From assembly GCA_029547225.1 (NCBI GenBank), contig JAKPPS010000040.1:42796-106795 (forward strand): 64,000 bases of DNA. The letters are read 5' to 3'. Made by a program: the position numbers and the translations under genes. Source of the stretch: a bacterium. Its GTDB lineage: Bacteria > Patescibacteriota > Dojkabacteria > SC72 > WJKH01. The notes below the pieces were generated by a model. The model searched no databases, was not told the origin of the DNA, and worked only from the letters and a program-made list of their open reading frames with translations. Every line of letters starts with the position of its first letter. The first letter of the stretch is position 1. Of this stretch, positions 42,095 to 53,580 are shown in pieces.

Positions 42095-43219
42095 ATGAAG
42101 AAAATCTTAATGATATTTGGAACAAGGCCTGAAGCAATCAAAATGGCACCATTGTATAAAGAGCTTCAGGACTATAAAAAAGATTTCAAAACAGTAATTG
42201 CTCTAACGGGACAGCACAAAGAAATGCTATATCAGGTCTTAGATTTTTTTAAGATTAAACCAGATTACGATTTAGAATTGATGAAACCTAATCAGACATT
42301 ATTTGATATTACCTCAGACGCCTTAAGAGGACTTGAAAAAATACTAAATAAGGAAAATCCCGATTTGATTATTGTTCAAGGTGACACAACAACTGTACTA
42401 GCTGGTGCTTTGGCCGGATTCTATAAGAAAATTAAGGTTGCACATCTCGAAGCAGGATTGAGAAGTGGTGATAAATTATCCCCATTTCCTGAGGAAATAA
42501 ATCGTATTCTCACAAGTCATATCGCTGATTATCATTGGGCACCGACACCAATAGCGAAAGAAAATCTACTTACCGAAGGCGTTAAATCAAAAAATATTCA
42601 CGTTGTAAAAAACACAGTAATTGATGCACTTTTTCTTGCAGTAAAACTATTGAAAACCGAAGGTGATAAAAAATATTTGAACTTTTTTAAGGGAATAGAT
42701 TTTAAAAAGAAAATTGTCTTAGTAACTGCTCACAGAAGAGAGAGTTTTGGAGAACCATTTGAAAACATATGCAATTCAATTAAAGATTTAGCTGTTAAAA
42801 ATCCAAATGTTGAGTATGTCTACCCAGTTCATTTAAATCCAAATGTGAGAGAAGTCGTATTTAGAATATTAAGTAATATACCTAATATTCACCTACTCGA
42901 TCCTTTGGATTATCCATATTTAGTATGGATTATGAATAAATCCTATATGGTACTTACTGATTCTGGTGGGATACAAGAAGAGGCTCCTTCACTAGGTAAA
43001 CCTGTATTAGTTTTACGAGATGTAACTGAGCGGCAAGAAGGCGTAGATGCAGGTACAGCAATTTTGGTCGGAACAAATCGCAAGAAAATAGTTTCGTATG
43101 GGCAAAAATTGTTAGATGATCCAAAGTATTATGCAAAAATTGCAAAGGCAACTAACCCTTACGGTGACGGCAAAGCTTCGCAACGGATCGTAAAATTATT
43201 ATTAAAAGGAGATAATTAG
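42095..43219 (+). CDS. wecB: UDP-N-acetylglucosamine 2-epimerase (non-hydrolysing)
   Basis: FGTRPEAIK, QGDTTT, HLEAGLRS, PFPEE, TDSGGIQEEAP, NPYGDG. Confidence 0.96.
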   Translation: MKKILMIFGTRPEAIKMAPLYKELQDYKKDFKTVIALTGQHKEMLYQVLDFFKIKPDYDLELMKPNQTLFDITSDALRGLEKILNKENPDLIIVQGDTTTVLAGALAGFYKKIKVAHLEAGLRSGDKLSPFPEEINRILTSHIADYHWAPTPIAKENLLTEGVKSKNIHVVKNTVIDALFLAVKLLKTEGDKKYLNFFKGIDFKKKIVLVTAHRRESFGEPFENICNSIKDLAVKNPNVEYVYPVHLNPNVREVVFRILSNIPNIHLLDPLDYPYLVWIMNKSYMVLTDSGGIQEEAPSLGKPVLVLRDVTERQEGVDAGTAILVGTNRKKIVSYGQKLLDDPKYYAKIAKATNPYGDGKASQRIVKLLLKGDN

Positions 43220-43273
43220 ATCGATATCGATAAAAAATATGAAAGCGAGAATCTTATGATAGATTAATCATTA

Positions 43274-43807
43274 TTATTCTCGACTATTCCTCTTTGCAAG
43301 TGCCAATTTAGCCTGTTGAATAATAATTCCTATTAACGAAATTGTAAGGAATGTGTAGAAAGCTGAAGCAAAAGCTTCTGCAACAAACTCAATCTTAAAA
43401 GCCAAAAGTATTGGAACTGGAATCAAAGCGATTAATGAAATAATTGACAGAGTAAACGGTTTCAAGTCATTTGCAATCCAAATATATCCAATAAAATAAT
43501 AAAAAGCAGTTACGAAATCATACCTGTTTGGAGATAAGACAATTATTATTACAAGAAGGATTATCGCAATAATTATATTCAATGGGTTTAGTAATATAGA
43601 ATAAAATATTGTTTCTAACTCTGACTTTAAAAAAGAAAAATCAATAATTTTCTTACTGTCATATGTATTCGCTTCATTAATGCTTACTTTTTTCAAGTAT
43701 TTCTCAACAATTTGAGGTTTAAGATATATCCCTCTAATGGCATTATTTAAGCTTTCGTAATATCTAATGGTTCTATTCTGATTTTTTTTCTTCGTACTTT
43801 TTGACAT
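43274..43807 (-). CDS. Hypothetical membrane protein
   Basis: 177 aa, about 4 C-terminal TM; overlaps the upstream gene. Confidence 0.6.
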   Translation of the reverse strand: MSKSTKKKNQNRTIRYYESLNNAIRGIYLKPQIVEKYLKKVSINEANTYDSKKIIDFSFLKSELETIFYSILLNPLNIIIAIILLVIIIVLSPNRYDFVTAFYYFIGYIWIANDLKPFTLSIISLIALIPVPILLAFKIEFVAEAFASAFYTFLTISLIGIIIQQAKLALAKRNSRE

Positions 43808-45923
43808 TTTTATTTTTTATTACTAAATATGTTCCTACACTAATAATCGAAATAACAGTAAATAATAGAGAAGCAACAGAGACGTAAGAGAAAATCCGAT
43901 ATGAAACCTGTGGGAAATAATATAATGTTCCTTTAAAAGTATAATTATTTTCCTCATCATAAAGTATATCAATTTCTTGATAATTTTCTGAACTTGATGA
44001 TAGATCTGCAAGATTTATTTCCCATTGATTATTTGATAAAATACCGCTTGAATGATTTTCAGACAATAGATCCTTATAAGAAATTATATTTTTAATGTCT
44101 TGTGTATTTTGATTTGGAACAAGCTCCCATCTAACATCAAACGTATTTAACATCTCAATAGTTGCTTGATTTGTATTGCATTTCAGAACGAAAGGATACT
44201 CAACAGGAGATATACGCTCATATTCGATACTACAATTTTCAGTTTCTTTAACTGAGATAAATTCTTTGTAATCAAGATTCTCATATACAATAAAATTCTC
44301 ATTCTCTTCTACATTAACATAATCTGGATTATACATAAAGTAATTCTCATATTTTTGATAATCTGGAGGTAAATTTTTATTTACAACATCAATTAAATCC
44401 TTTTTGACGAGAATATATTTTATCCCGGCACTATCAATCATTTCATCGAAATCTTCGTAAAAGATAAATGATCCAAGATCAATCTGAAATAACTTCTTAA
44501 ATGTATCACTATAATTACTCAATACATATGCGCCACCCTCCATTAGTATTGGCTTTTTATAAAACAATTCAGCAAAATAATAATTACTTGTATAGTTTTC
44601 GCTATACCCTTCAATCGACCAATAATATGATTCATAAATTAATGCTGGAAGAATATAAACATAATAATTTTGAGAAGTATCAGATTGCAATTGAGTATTC
44701 AATTCAAAATAATCTTGAGGAACTTCCATTTTTCCAATCGTACCATCTAAATATGGAGAAAATAGTATCGGAAAATTTGTGATCGAAAAGCATAAAAGTA
44801 GTATGACCGCAAAAATAATTTTAATACTCTTTTTAACCTTAAGGAGAATAAATGTTAAAGGTAACAATAAAGAATTAATTAATATTGATATAATAAAAAA
44901 TCTATTAAAAGATCTAAAGAAACCAAACCATGACTGAGTCCTAAATAGCCACATCCATATATCTCCCCAAAGATATGAATTAGGTCCCTGCCCTAAATTA
45001 AAAAATATTACATAAACAATTATCAGGAAGAAAACAAAATAATCTTTTTTATCAATTTTCTTTAATCGACTAAAATATATTATAAAAAAAGCATAAGGCA
45101 AGGCTAATAAGGCGTAGTAAATATATGTGACAATCCAACCATTAATTTTCCCAGAGATGTTTCCAGGATAATTGCTATAATTCATAAGGTTAGATGTACG
45201 ACTTGTATCACGATACCCTTGAAAAACTGCCTCCCAATTATCAGAAGAATAAAATGAACTTGGAGATACTTCAAAGATATTACTTATAAACGGAGCTAAC
45301 CAATATGATGATATTAGCAAAATTAATATTACTGTAATAACATATTTGATTAAAACTTTTATTCGAGTTTTTTTATCTTTATATACAAAAAATAATTCAT
45401 AAATAAAGAATGCAAACAACTCAAGAATAAAAATGACAAAGAAGAACTGATGATTAATGAAGATGGTTGATAAAACAATTAATAGTAAATCAAAAAGACG
45501 AATCTCTTTTTTGTATCGAATTAAAAACACCAAGAAAATAAAAATACAAGGTATCAAGTTAAAGAAGTAGTTTCCTGGAAAGTATATCAACTGTTCCCAA
45601 ATAAAATTATTTACAATAAACAATGAGCTGCTTACAATACCAGTTAGGATAGATAAAAGAACTCCATATTTTGATTGTTTTGCAAATCTTCTATATAGAA
45701 AAAATCCGCAGAAAAAGACTAGAATTGCTGAAACTACAATTCCGAAATAAAAAATAAAATCGGACCTTGCTTGGATATCATTGAAAAGTCTTGCAACAAT
45801 ATATCCCAATACCTTTGATGCAACAGTAGAATATCGTTGCATACCAAATTGGTTTTCATCCCAGAGATATACACCATCTCCAGCATTCCACATTATTGGG
45901 GAATCACCATATCCGAAGTACAT
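43773..45923 (-). CDS. GT-C-like multi-TM protein with extracytoplasmic C-terminal domain
   Basis: YWLAP, FRSFNRF, VPQDY, GIKYILV, F...W; directly downstream of a GtrB-like gene. Confidence 0.65.
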   Translation of the reverse strand: MYFGYGDSPIMWNAGDGVYLWDENQFGMQRYSTVASKVLGYIVARLFNDIQARSDFIFYFGIVVSAILVFFCGFFLYRRFAKQSKYGVLLSILTGIVSSSLFIVNNFIWEQLIYFPGNYFFNLIPCIFIFLVFLIRYKKEIRLFDLLLIVLSTIFINHQFFFVIFILELFAFFIYELFFVYKDKKTRIKVLIKYVITVILILLISSYWLAPFISNIFEVSPSSFYSSDNWEAVFQGYRDTSRTSNLMNYSNYPGNISGKINGWIVTYIYYALLALPYAFFIIYFSRLKKIDKKDYFVFFLIIVYVIFFNLGQGPNSYLWGDIWMWLFRTQSWFGFFRSFNRFFIISILINSLLLPLTFILLKVKKSIKIIFAVILLLCFSITNFPILFSPYLDGTIGKMEVPQDYFELNTQLQSDTSQNYYVYILPALIYESYYWSIEGYSENYTSNYYFAELFYKKPILMEGGAYVLSNYSDTFKKLFQIDLGSFIFYEDFDEMIDSAGIKYILVKKDLIDVVNKNLPPDYQKYENYFMYNPDYVNVEENENFIVYENLDYKEFISVKETENCSIEYERISPVEYPFVLKCNTNQATIEMLNTFDVRWELVPNQNTQDIKNIISYKDLLSENHSSGILSNNQWEINLADLSSSSENYQEIDILYDEENNYTFKGTLYYFPQVSYRIFSYVSVASLLFTVISIISVGTYLVIKNKNVKKYEEKKSE

Positions 45924-45941
45924 AATTTCTAAAATAAATAA

Positions 45942-46886
45942 TTATATAATCCTCTTGATAATATACAAGGGACGGTTTGTAACCTCATTATAAATAGTCG
46001 CAATATAAAGTGATATTAAACCAAGACAAGATAGTATCACACCTACAAAAAACATCAAGATAATAGCTAAAATTGCCGTACCAGTAATGCTTGCAATATA
46101 CCGATTTTCAAATATATATCGTCCAACAAATATAACTACTAGCAAAATGCTGGATGTAATCATTATAAATATTCCAAGATAACCTGCAATTTTCAGAGGA
46201 AAAAGACTCAAACCAACAAAACTAGAAATTGCTAAACGAACCTTTTTAATAAAATTGTATGATGGTCTCCCCCCGACTCTTTCTCGTGCTTCAAAATGAA
46301 TATAGTCTCTTTTAAATCCCATCCAATCTATCAAACCTCTTGTAATACGATTCCGTTCTGTGAATTTGTTAAGCTGATCAATTACCGTTCTATCAATTAG
46401 CCTAAAATCTGTCGATCCTGGCACACTTTTTGTATCCGAAATTCGATTTAATATACTGTAAAATAACTTTGAACCTAGTTTCGAAACAAAATTACCACTA
46501 TTGTTTTTCCTTACACCGACTACTACATCATTTCCTTCTTCCCATTTTTTGATGAATTGAAGTATTAGCTCTTGTGGAAACTGGAGATCAGCATCAAGTA
46601 TTATTGCCGCATCTCCATGACAATTCATATATCCAGCAGAAGTTGCGATTTCTTTACCAAAATTACGTGAAAATTCAATCAAGTGGTATCTCTTATTTTT
46701 TTTAACAAGCTGCTCAACTTTTCGAACCGTATCATCAGTACTTCCATCGCTGATTATTATTACCTCGAAATTATAATTGTCTTTCTGACTTTCTATAACT
46801 TTATTTACTTCGACATAATATTTATCAATATTTTCTGCTTCGTTGAAAGCTGGAGTTATTATCGAAATTAGTTTTTTCATAAGCAT
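45942..46886 (-). CDS. GtrB/ArnC-like polyprenol-phosphate glycosyltransferase (GT2)
   Basis: PAFNEAENI, FSRNFGKE, DADLQ, DFRLIDR, two C-terminal TM, RPLY. Confidence 0.93.
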   Translation of the reverse strand: MLMKKLISIITPAFNEAENIDKYYVEVNKVIESQKDNYNFEVIIISDGSTDDTVRKVEQLVKKNKRYHLIEFSRNFGKEIATSAGYMNCHGDAAIILDADLQFPQELILQFIKKWEEGNDVVVGVRKNNSGNFVSKLGSKLFYSILNRISDTKSVPGSTDFRLIDRTVIDQLNKFTERNRITRGLIDWMGFKRDYIHFEARERVGGRPSYNFIKKVRLAISSFVGLSLFPLKIAGYLGIFIMITSSILLVVIFVGRYIFENRYIASITGTAILAIILMFFVGVILSCLGLISLYIATIYNEVTNRPLYIIKRII

Positions 46887-46913
46887 TTACGGAATGAAAT
46901 TCTATTATTGTCA

Positions 46914-46922
46914 ATTATACCA
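46914..46922 (-). promoter_or_regulatory. Extended -10 promoter (TGGTATAAT)
   Basis: 27 nt upstream of the GtrB-like gene. Confidence 0.55.
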
Positions 46923-46999
46923 TTTTTTCTATTCTATATCATTGATAATAATTATCTATAAATATTTAAAGTTATAATACTATTCAGAATATTAGTAAA

Positions 47000-48154
47000 T
47001 TAAATCTCTTTAATCAATTTCTCAAAAATCTCAGAATAATCAAAACCTCTGCTATATTTTATTGCATTCTCACGATATTGTTGATTTACTTTCGGACTCA
47101 TCATTTTAATAATATGATCTGCCATATCTTTCGAATCAAGTGTGATTATTTCACCTGCGTTAACATCTGCAATCTCTCTTGCATTCCAAGGAATATTGGT
47201 AAGCAATACTGGAACTCCACAAGCTAGATATGTTTTTACTTTTCCTGGATCTGCATAATATGTCCATGTATCAAGTTCTTTTGAATATGGCGCTATAGAG
47301 ACTGCTGATTTTGCAATTTCCTTTTCGACATCTTCAAGTTTCTCTATCCTACCTAAAAAATCGCAGTATTTTGAGACGCCCATTTTTGTTGCTTTTTCTT
47401 TAAGAGTATCAAGATATGCTCCGCCACCAATTATTTTGAAGTTAAAACCTGGAATCTTCTTTATTACTTCAGGTATTGAATCTAGAACAAATTGAACACC
47501 CTGCTTTTCGATGATGTGTCCCATAAAAACTAATGTATTTTTCTGACAATCTTTATAATCATATACTTTAATTCTTGAAAGCCACATTCCATAAGGAACA
47601 ACTCTATGAAGCTTATATTCGGTTGTTTTTATGCCTGCATATTTCTCTCGAGCTTCTGCCATTCGTGGGGAAATATCCCACATCTGATCTGCGTTTCTAT
47701 ATCCGAATTTATTTACATTTGAATATATTAAATTTTTTATTTTACTTCCGAAACGATTTTCAGGTACATAATCCATAGCCCAAAAAATAGTTTTATCAAC
47801 CTTACGAAATACTTTTAATAAGTAGCCGTATACGAGACATAAACCGTCCATAGCAATATAGTATTTGAAGTGATTTTTAAGTTTTAAAAGAGAACTTAAA
47901 GTAAAAATAAATTCCTTAACATAAATCAAAACTTCTGGAAGTTTTTTATAATCCTTTGTTTCCCTTTTTTCTATCTTACCATCTGCACCAAATTTTGATA
48001 TCCAACTTTTTCGGTTATCAGCATCAGAAAAACTATGGCAAACTTGAACAACATTTTGGCCAGTACTGACAAGATATTTTATCAACTCATCATCAGGTTG
48101 TGGATTAAACTTATGAGCGACAATAACATAATCCGATTTGAATTTCTTATCCAT
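47000..48154 (-). CDS. Glycosyltransferase family 4
   Basis: FMGHIIEKQG, ADPGKVKTYLACGVPV. Confidence 0.88.
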   Translation of the reverse strand: MDKKFKSDYVIVAHKFNPQPDDELIKYLVSTGQNVVQVCHSFSDADNRKSWISKFGADGKIEKRETKDYKKLPEVLIYVKEFIFTLSSLLKLKNHFKYYIAMDGLCLVYGYLLKVFRKVDKTIFWAMDYVPENRFGSKIKNLIYSNVNKFGYRNADQMWDISPRMAEAREKYAGIKTTEYKLHRVVPYGMWLSRIKVYDYKDCQKNTLVFMGHIIEKQGVQFVLDSIPEVIKKIPGFNFKIIGGGAYLDTLKEKATKMGVSKYCDFLGRIEKLEDVEKEIAKSAVSIAPYSKELDTWTYYADPGKVKTYLACGVPVLLTNIPWNAREIADVNAGEIITLDSKDMADHIIKMMSPKVNQQYRENAIKYSRGFDYSEIFEKLIKEI

Positions 48155-48171
48155 TTTGAATTACATATAAT

Positions 48172-49238
48172 TTATATTTTCTTAAAATCTTTATATAATT
48201 CAATTAACTGATTTGCACGATTTATATATGTATGAGATTTTCTTACTCGTTCCTGTCCTGCTTTCATTATTGCAATTCGTTTTTCAGGATTTTCAAGGTA
48301 ATATTCCATTTTTTGATTCCAATCATCTTCATTTTCTGCCAGCACTATTTCTTTACCTACTTCAAATTGGTCTTTTATACATCTCACATTATCAACAATT
48401 TCGAAACCTCCATATAGAGAATTTTATATGTTCTTTCATTGCAACAACCACCCGAAATTCTCTGATACTCTTCATGAACATTGACACTAATTTTCGAAGT
48501 GAAATACATATTTGCCTCATCTTGAAGTTTGTATTTTGGCTTTTTGAAATTTTTGAGTATTGGAATATTGAAATATTGTCCACCTCTTTGCACCCATCCC
48601 GTTAATCTATCAAAAAAGGTCCAATCTTGTCCTAAGAGCATTACCTTATATTTATTGCGATACCTTAATACATTTCGATTAAAGAAATCTCTTTTCTCTG
48701 GAAGATTTGTTCCTAAAAACAGAATATCAGAATTAAATCTTTCATCTCTTTGAGGAACGATACTGTCATCAGCTGCTAGTAAAACCGTATGATATTTATA
48801 ACCAGTACCTTCTTCAAAACCTTGCATTCGAGGATCTTCATGATCAGCAGGATGATAAAAAATATCACCCATTAAACCATCCTTAATTTTTTTTATCAAT
48901 TCTTTGTCATCACTTAACCCTTTATCCTCATTAATTCTAAAATCAGAAAATGGATAGCTCCAATAAGGCGCAAAGATCATTGATACCATCCCGTTTTTAC
49001 GTGCTTTATTGTAAACATCCAAATCTAAATATTTAAGATTGAATTTCGATAATGAAGTCATCATGATATCTGGCTTATATTCATCAATTACTTTTTCCAG
49101 ATTATCGTCTGCCGTCAATGGCCTAAATTGATGCCCTAACTTTAGAAAGCCATTTTTGTAGCCATTATATATTGTTCTTCCAGCATATAAAGTGTTTAAG
49201 GAAGGTATCTGATACAATACTTTTAATTTCTTATCCAT
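48172..49238 (-). pseudogene. CgeB/Glyco_trans_1_2-like glycosyltransferase split by a 1-nt frameshift near 48417-48422
   Basis: ORF 48384-49238 reads ...CCNERTYKI; the adjacent frame continues LYGGFEIVDNVRCIKDQFEVGKEIV...HTYINRA through ORF 48172-48387. Confidence 0.85.
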
Positions 49239-50106
49239 TTTTTATTACTAATAATTTACGCAAAAACTTAAATATTATTATTACCGCCCTAGTCGGGAAA
49301 ACTTGCATGAACCAAGTTGCAAAGAATGCAAGACCATCAGAAAATGTAAATTTATATGCCTTATCATTTTTGTATTTCTTCCGAGCCTTTAAAGTATTAC
49401 GTAAAATAGCTTTCATCTTTTTGTGAGTAGCATTATTCTCCTGTTCACGATAGTAAAGAAGTATTTTAGGAACATTTGCAAATTTATACTTTCTACCGAT
49501 ACGATACCAAAGTTCAATATCTTCAGCCACTGGAAAATCCTCACTATAATTACCACAATCGATAATCGCTTCTTTTCTAATCATACATGAAGGTTGAGCG
49601 AGGGGCGAACTTTTAAATATTCTTTTTCTGATTTCAGCATCGTCTGTTTCATATTTCCTCACATCAAGATTTCCACTTGAATTGAAGCTTTGAAGAAATC
49701 CCCCACATACTCCAATCTTATCATCTGATTTCATGAGCGCAAGCTGATCCGCTATCCGTGTATTTACTGAAATATCATCTGCATCATGTATCACATAGAA
49801 TTGGCCATTAGCTAATTCGAATAGTCTATTACGAGATCTGACAATCTTTTGATTCGTTTCGTTTCGAAAAACTTTTATCCGAGAGTCTTTATTTTCATAC
49901 TTGGTAATAATATCTAGTGTATTATCTGTTGAGCAATCATCTAAAATTAGTAATTCAAAATTTGTATACGTCTGTTCTGAAACACTTTTGATTGCTTCTT
50001 CAATATACTCAGAAGCATTATATGCTGGCATCAAAACGGAGACTAAAGGTTTTGATGAAGTTTGTGACGATTTGTTTGAATTATTTCCCTGATATTTTTG
50101 TGTCAT
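49231..50106 (-). CDS. Glycosyltransferase family 2
   Basis: VSVLMPAYN, DDCSTD, HDADD, AEDIELW. Confidence 0.93.
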   Translation of the reverse strand: MTQKYQGNNSNKSSQTSSKPLVSVLMPAYNASEYIEEAIKSVSEQTYTNFELLILDDCSTDNTLDIITKYENKDSRIKVFRNETNQKIVRSRNRLFELANGQFYVIHDADDISVNTRIADQLALMKSDDKIGVCGGFLQSFNSSGNLDVRKYETDDAEIRKRIFKSSPLAQPSCMIRKEAIIDCGNYSEDFPVAEDIELWYRIGRKYKFANVPKILLYYREQENNATHKKMKAILRNTLKARKKYKNDKAYKFTFSDGLAFFATWFMQVFPTRAVIIIFKFLRKLLVIKNG

Positions 50107-50110
50107 ATTT

Positions 50111-50992
50111 TCAGAAAGATTTTTTCTTAAAAAACATCGTTATATTATTTGCTCCGATTTTTTTATTATTATTCTTCTCATCAATATGCTCAATCTTCTC
50201 CTTATCAATATTTTTGAAAATCATATTTAACAAGACTAAGAAAACCTTAGCCGTGTGCCCTTTATAAATTGTAGTTATTGGATCGAAATTATTAAATAAC
50301 TCTGACAATGTTTCAAAGTCATACCTTCTTAAATGTCCAATGCGTTTATCATGAATGATGTTCACTAGCCATAATAGAGGACTTATATACTTCAATTTAT
50401 GAGGGACAGTAACCATAATTTGACCATCATCTGTCACGACTCTAGTGAGCTCCTTTGCTGCCTTTACATCTTCTGGAAGATGCTCTAATACTGCATTTGA
50501 GACAAAATAATCTGCTGCTCTATCCTTTATTGGTAAACTCTGTGCATTACAGCAAAGAGTCATTATTTTATCATTAAGTCCTAATACTTTTGCATTATGA
50601 TTAAGTCTGATCAGGTAATCTAATGTAAGATCTGTAGCTAACACATTGTATCCAAGTTTTGCAAGTTCAATCGCTATGTATCCTGTACCAGTACCGCAAT
50701 CAATTATAAGAGCAGATTTCTTCTTCTTAATATTCGTATTCGCGACAAAACTATCAACATATGATTTTTGCCAAGGTTCGATTTTATAATCTGCGCCCAA
50801 ATCTTTAGATTCATTACTAAAATACTCGATTTGTTGTATAAGATGTTTCGGAATTTTATCGTAATCTATTAATACAGGTATTCCTTCTATTGTTTTATAC
50901 TTAGCTTCACATTTTGTACAATGATATTTATCAGCATTTTTTTTAAGCGCTCCTGAACATTTTGGACAGACAACAATATCATCTATATTCAT
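50111..50992 (-). CDS. Class I SAM-dependent methyltransferase with N-terminal Trm112-like zinc ribbon
   Basis: CPKC..CTKC..GIPVL; IDCGTGTG; VLEHL; VTVP; GHLRRY. Confidence 0.87.
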   Translation of the reverse strand: MNIDDIVVCPKCSGALKKNADKYHCTKCEAKYKTIEGIPVLIDYDKIPKHLIQQIEYFSNESKDLGADYKIEPWQKSYVDSFVANTNIKKKKSALIIDCGTGTGYIAIELAKLGYNVLATDLTLDYLIRLNHNAKVLGLNDKIMTLCCNAQSLPIKDRAADYFVSNAVLEHLPEDVKAAKELTRVVTDDGQIMVTVPHKLKYISPLLWLVNIIHDKRIGHLRRYDFETLSELFNNFDPITTIYKGHTAKVFLVLLNMIFKNIDKEKIEHIDEKNNNKKIGANNITMFFKKKSF

Positions 50993-51009
50993 ATCACTAT
51001 TTTATCAAA

Positions 51010-52053
51010 TTATTTGACCTTTTCACTATTAACTTCTTCAATATCGCTTTCAACCATTATTTTTACGAGATCTTCAAATTTCGTTTTTGCCTCCCATCCA
51101 AGTATTTTTTTAGCTTTACTACAGTCACCGATCAACAAATCCACTTCAGAAGGTCTAAAATATCTTTCGTCAATCTCAATGATAGTCTTTCCAGTTTTTT
51201 TGTCGATACCCTTCTCCTGCATTCCCTTACCATTCCATTCGATATCTATATCCAATATTTTTGCTGCAGCTTCAACGCACTCTCTTACTGAATGAGTTTC
51301 GCCTGTAGCTAAAACAAAATCATCTGGTTTATCCTGCTGCAACATCATCCACATACCTTCCACATAATCTTTTGCATAACCCCAGTCTCTTTTTGATTCA
51401 AGATTTCCAAGATAAAGCTTTTCTTCCAAGCCCATTTTTATCCTTGTAAGCCCTCTTGTAATCTTTTTAGTTACAAAAGTCCCGCCTCTTCTTGGAGATT
51501 CATGATTAAATAAGATACCATTTGTAGCGAAAATATCATAACTTTCTCGATAATTTACAGTAATCCAATAAGCATATACTTTTGCACAACCATATGGGCT
51601 TCGTGGATAAAATGGAGTTGTTTCTTTTTGAGGTATTTCTTGAACTTTACCAAACATCTCAGAAGAAGATGCCTGATAATATTTTGTTTTGATTTTTGTA
51701 TCTTTTATAGCATCAAGTATACGTAATGCACCGAGTGCTACAACATCAGAAGTGTATTCAGGCATATCAAAACTTACCTTTACATGGCTTTGAGCACCAA
51801 GATTATATATTTCATCAGGATTAACTTTCTCAATAATCCTAGAAATATTGCTACTATCTGACAAATCTCCATAGTGAAGGAACAGCTTCACACCGTTAAC
51901 ATGTGGATCTTGATAAAGATGATCTATACGACTTGTATTAAATGTGGAAGCTCGTCGAAGTAATCCGTGAACTTCATAACCTTTACTGAGAAGCAATTCT
52001 GTAAGATAACTACCATCTTGTCCTGTAATACCTGTGATTAATGCTTTTTTCAT
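51010..52053 (-). CDS. gmd: GDP-mannose 4,6-dehydratase
   Basis: [38 protein letters not shown]. Confidence 0.98.
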   Translation of the reverse strand: MKKALITGITGQDGSYLTELLLSKGYEVHGLLRRASTFNTSRIDHLYQDPHVNGVKLFLHYGDLSDSSNISRIIEKVNPDEIYNLGAQSHVKVSFDMPEYTSDVVALGALRILDAIKDTKIKTKYYQASSSEMFGKVQEIPQKETTPFYPRSPYGCAKVYAYWITVNYRESYDIFATNGILFNHESPRRGGTFVTKKITRGLTRIKMGLEEKLYLGNLESKRDWGYAKDYVEGMWMMLQQDKPDDFVLATGETHSVRECVEAAAKILDIDIEWNGKGMQEKGIDKKTGKTIIEIDERYFRPSEVDLLIGDCSKAKKILGWEAKTKFEDLVKIMVESDIEEVNSEKVK

Positions 52054-52207
52054 ATTTATACTTTTTAATTTATAGCGATAATTTATATCTTATTTCATAA
52101 ATAATATCAATAAGAATTCATTCTTATGATTCAAGGATTACTTCCCAAAATCTAATAATTTCTTTGTCTCCAATTGCGCCCGCTAAATTGTATTCAGAAA
52201 AAATATA

Positions 52208-53149
52208 CTATTTCTTAATATCAACATAATTATTTACAAACCAATCGTATGTCATTTTAATACCCTCTTTTAACTCGATGTTATGTTTCCATCCAAGTCC
52301 ATGTAATCTACTCACATCAAGTAATTTTCGAGGAGTACCATCAGGTTTACTCTTATCCCAGACTATTTCCCCTGTAAATCCGACAATATCTTTGATCGTT
52401 TCAGCCAACTCTTTAATCGTTACATCAATACCTGTACCGATATTTACTATTTCAGATTCATCATAGTTATTCATAAGATAGACTACTGCATCAGCAAGAT
52501 CATCTACATAAAGAAATTCTCGCATTGGTGATCCTGTACCCCACAATGTAACGCTCTCTGCATTAGTTTCTTTTGCTTCATGAAATTTCCTTATCATAGC
52601 AGGCAAGACATGACTTGTTTCCAAATTGAAGTTATCGTTCTGACCATAAAGATTTGTCGGCATTACAGAAATATACTTTGTACCGTATTGCTCGTTAAAG
52701 CTCTGACACATTTTAATACCTGCAATTTTTGCAATCGCATAAGCATCATTAGTTTCTTCTAGAGGACCAGTCATAAGATATTCCTCTTTGATCGGCTGTG
52801 TGGCTAATTTAGGATATATGCACGAACTACCTAGAAACAATAGTTTCTTTACATTATTTTTATAGGAAGCATAAATAACATTATTTTGTATCTGCAGGTT
52901 GATATAAATAAAGTCAGCTTTATGTGTCTTGTTAGCTAAAATACCTCCAACATGAGCTGCGGCCAAAAAGACATATTCTGGCTTCTCCTGTACGAAAAAG
53001 TCCATAGTTGCTTTCTGATCTGTCAAATCAAGCTCCGTAGAGTCACGAAATACTAGATTAGTATAGCCATGACTTTGAAGTTTACGAGTAATTGCTGATC
53101 CAACAAGACCTTTGTGACCTGCAACAAAAATTTTTGAGTTTTTATCCAT
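52208..53149 (-). CDS. fcl: GDP-L-fucose synthase
   Basis: [44 protein letters not shown]. Confidence 0.97.
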   Translation of the reverse strand: MDKNSKIFVAGHKGLVGSAITRKLQSHGYTNLVFRDSTELDLTDQKATMDFFVQEKPEYVFLAAAHVGGILANKTHKADFIYINLQIQNNVIYASYKNNVKKLLFLGSSCIYPKLATQPIKEEYLMTGPLEETNDAYAIAKIAGIKMCQSFNEQYGTKYISVMPTNLYGQNDNFNLETSHVLPAMIRKFHEAKETNAESVTLWGTGSPMREFLYVDDLADAVVYLMNNYDESEIVNIGTGIDVTIKELAETIKDIVGFTGEIVWDKSKPDGTPRKLLDVSRLHGLGWKHNIELKEGIKMTYDWFVNNYVDIKK

Positions 53150-53194
53150 ATTTTTTATTAATAAATTAGCAAACGCACCGATTTTCGATTAGTA

Positions 53195-53203
53195 ATTGTA
53201 CCA
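53195..53203 (-). promoter_or_regulatory. Extended -10 promoter (TGGTACAAT) heading the fcl-gmd operon
   Basis: 45 nt upstream of the fcl start. Confidence 0.5.
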
Positions 53204-53580
53204 TTTTTATAAATTATTTCCATAAATTATTGCTTGTATCTTTTTTTGTAACCATGCATATTGCATGCAAATAGCACATACCATTACAATCCAAGTTTTA
53301 TATCGCTCACTGAGCGTTATCACGTTAAATAGTATATTCTTCTGACAAAAATAGTGGTTAAAAAATAAGCCATTTGTTATTTTCAGGAATGTGAATAAGA
53401 TACTCGATCTGCAATACTCTCGGTTTGTAATGGAGATGTATTAAAGACCACCACTAAGGTCGGTTACATTAACCATATTTTTGGTCAAGCAAAAAGTTTA
53501 TTAATAAATCATTTTTTACCGTTTCGCATCTGTTACTTCTGGTTTTGTTTGTTCCAGTCGAATCAAATCATAAATTTAAA

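Noticed and set aside
33400..43270. Plus-strand glycan block as an invertible segment
   Set aside because: No matching inverted repeats seen at the two ends and no recombinase in the window; the ATCGATATCGAT palindrome at 43220-43231 has no partner
52110..52127. Inverted repeat ATAAGAAT-TC-ATTCTTAT between fcl and gmd
   Set aside because: AT-rich, short, no U-tract; plausible by chance at this composition
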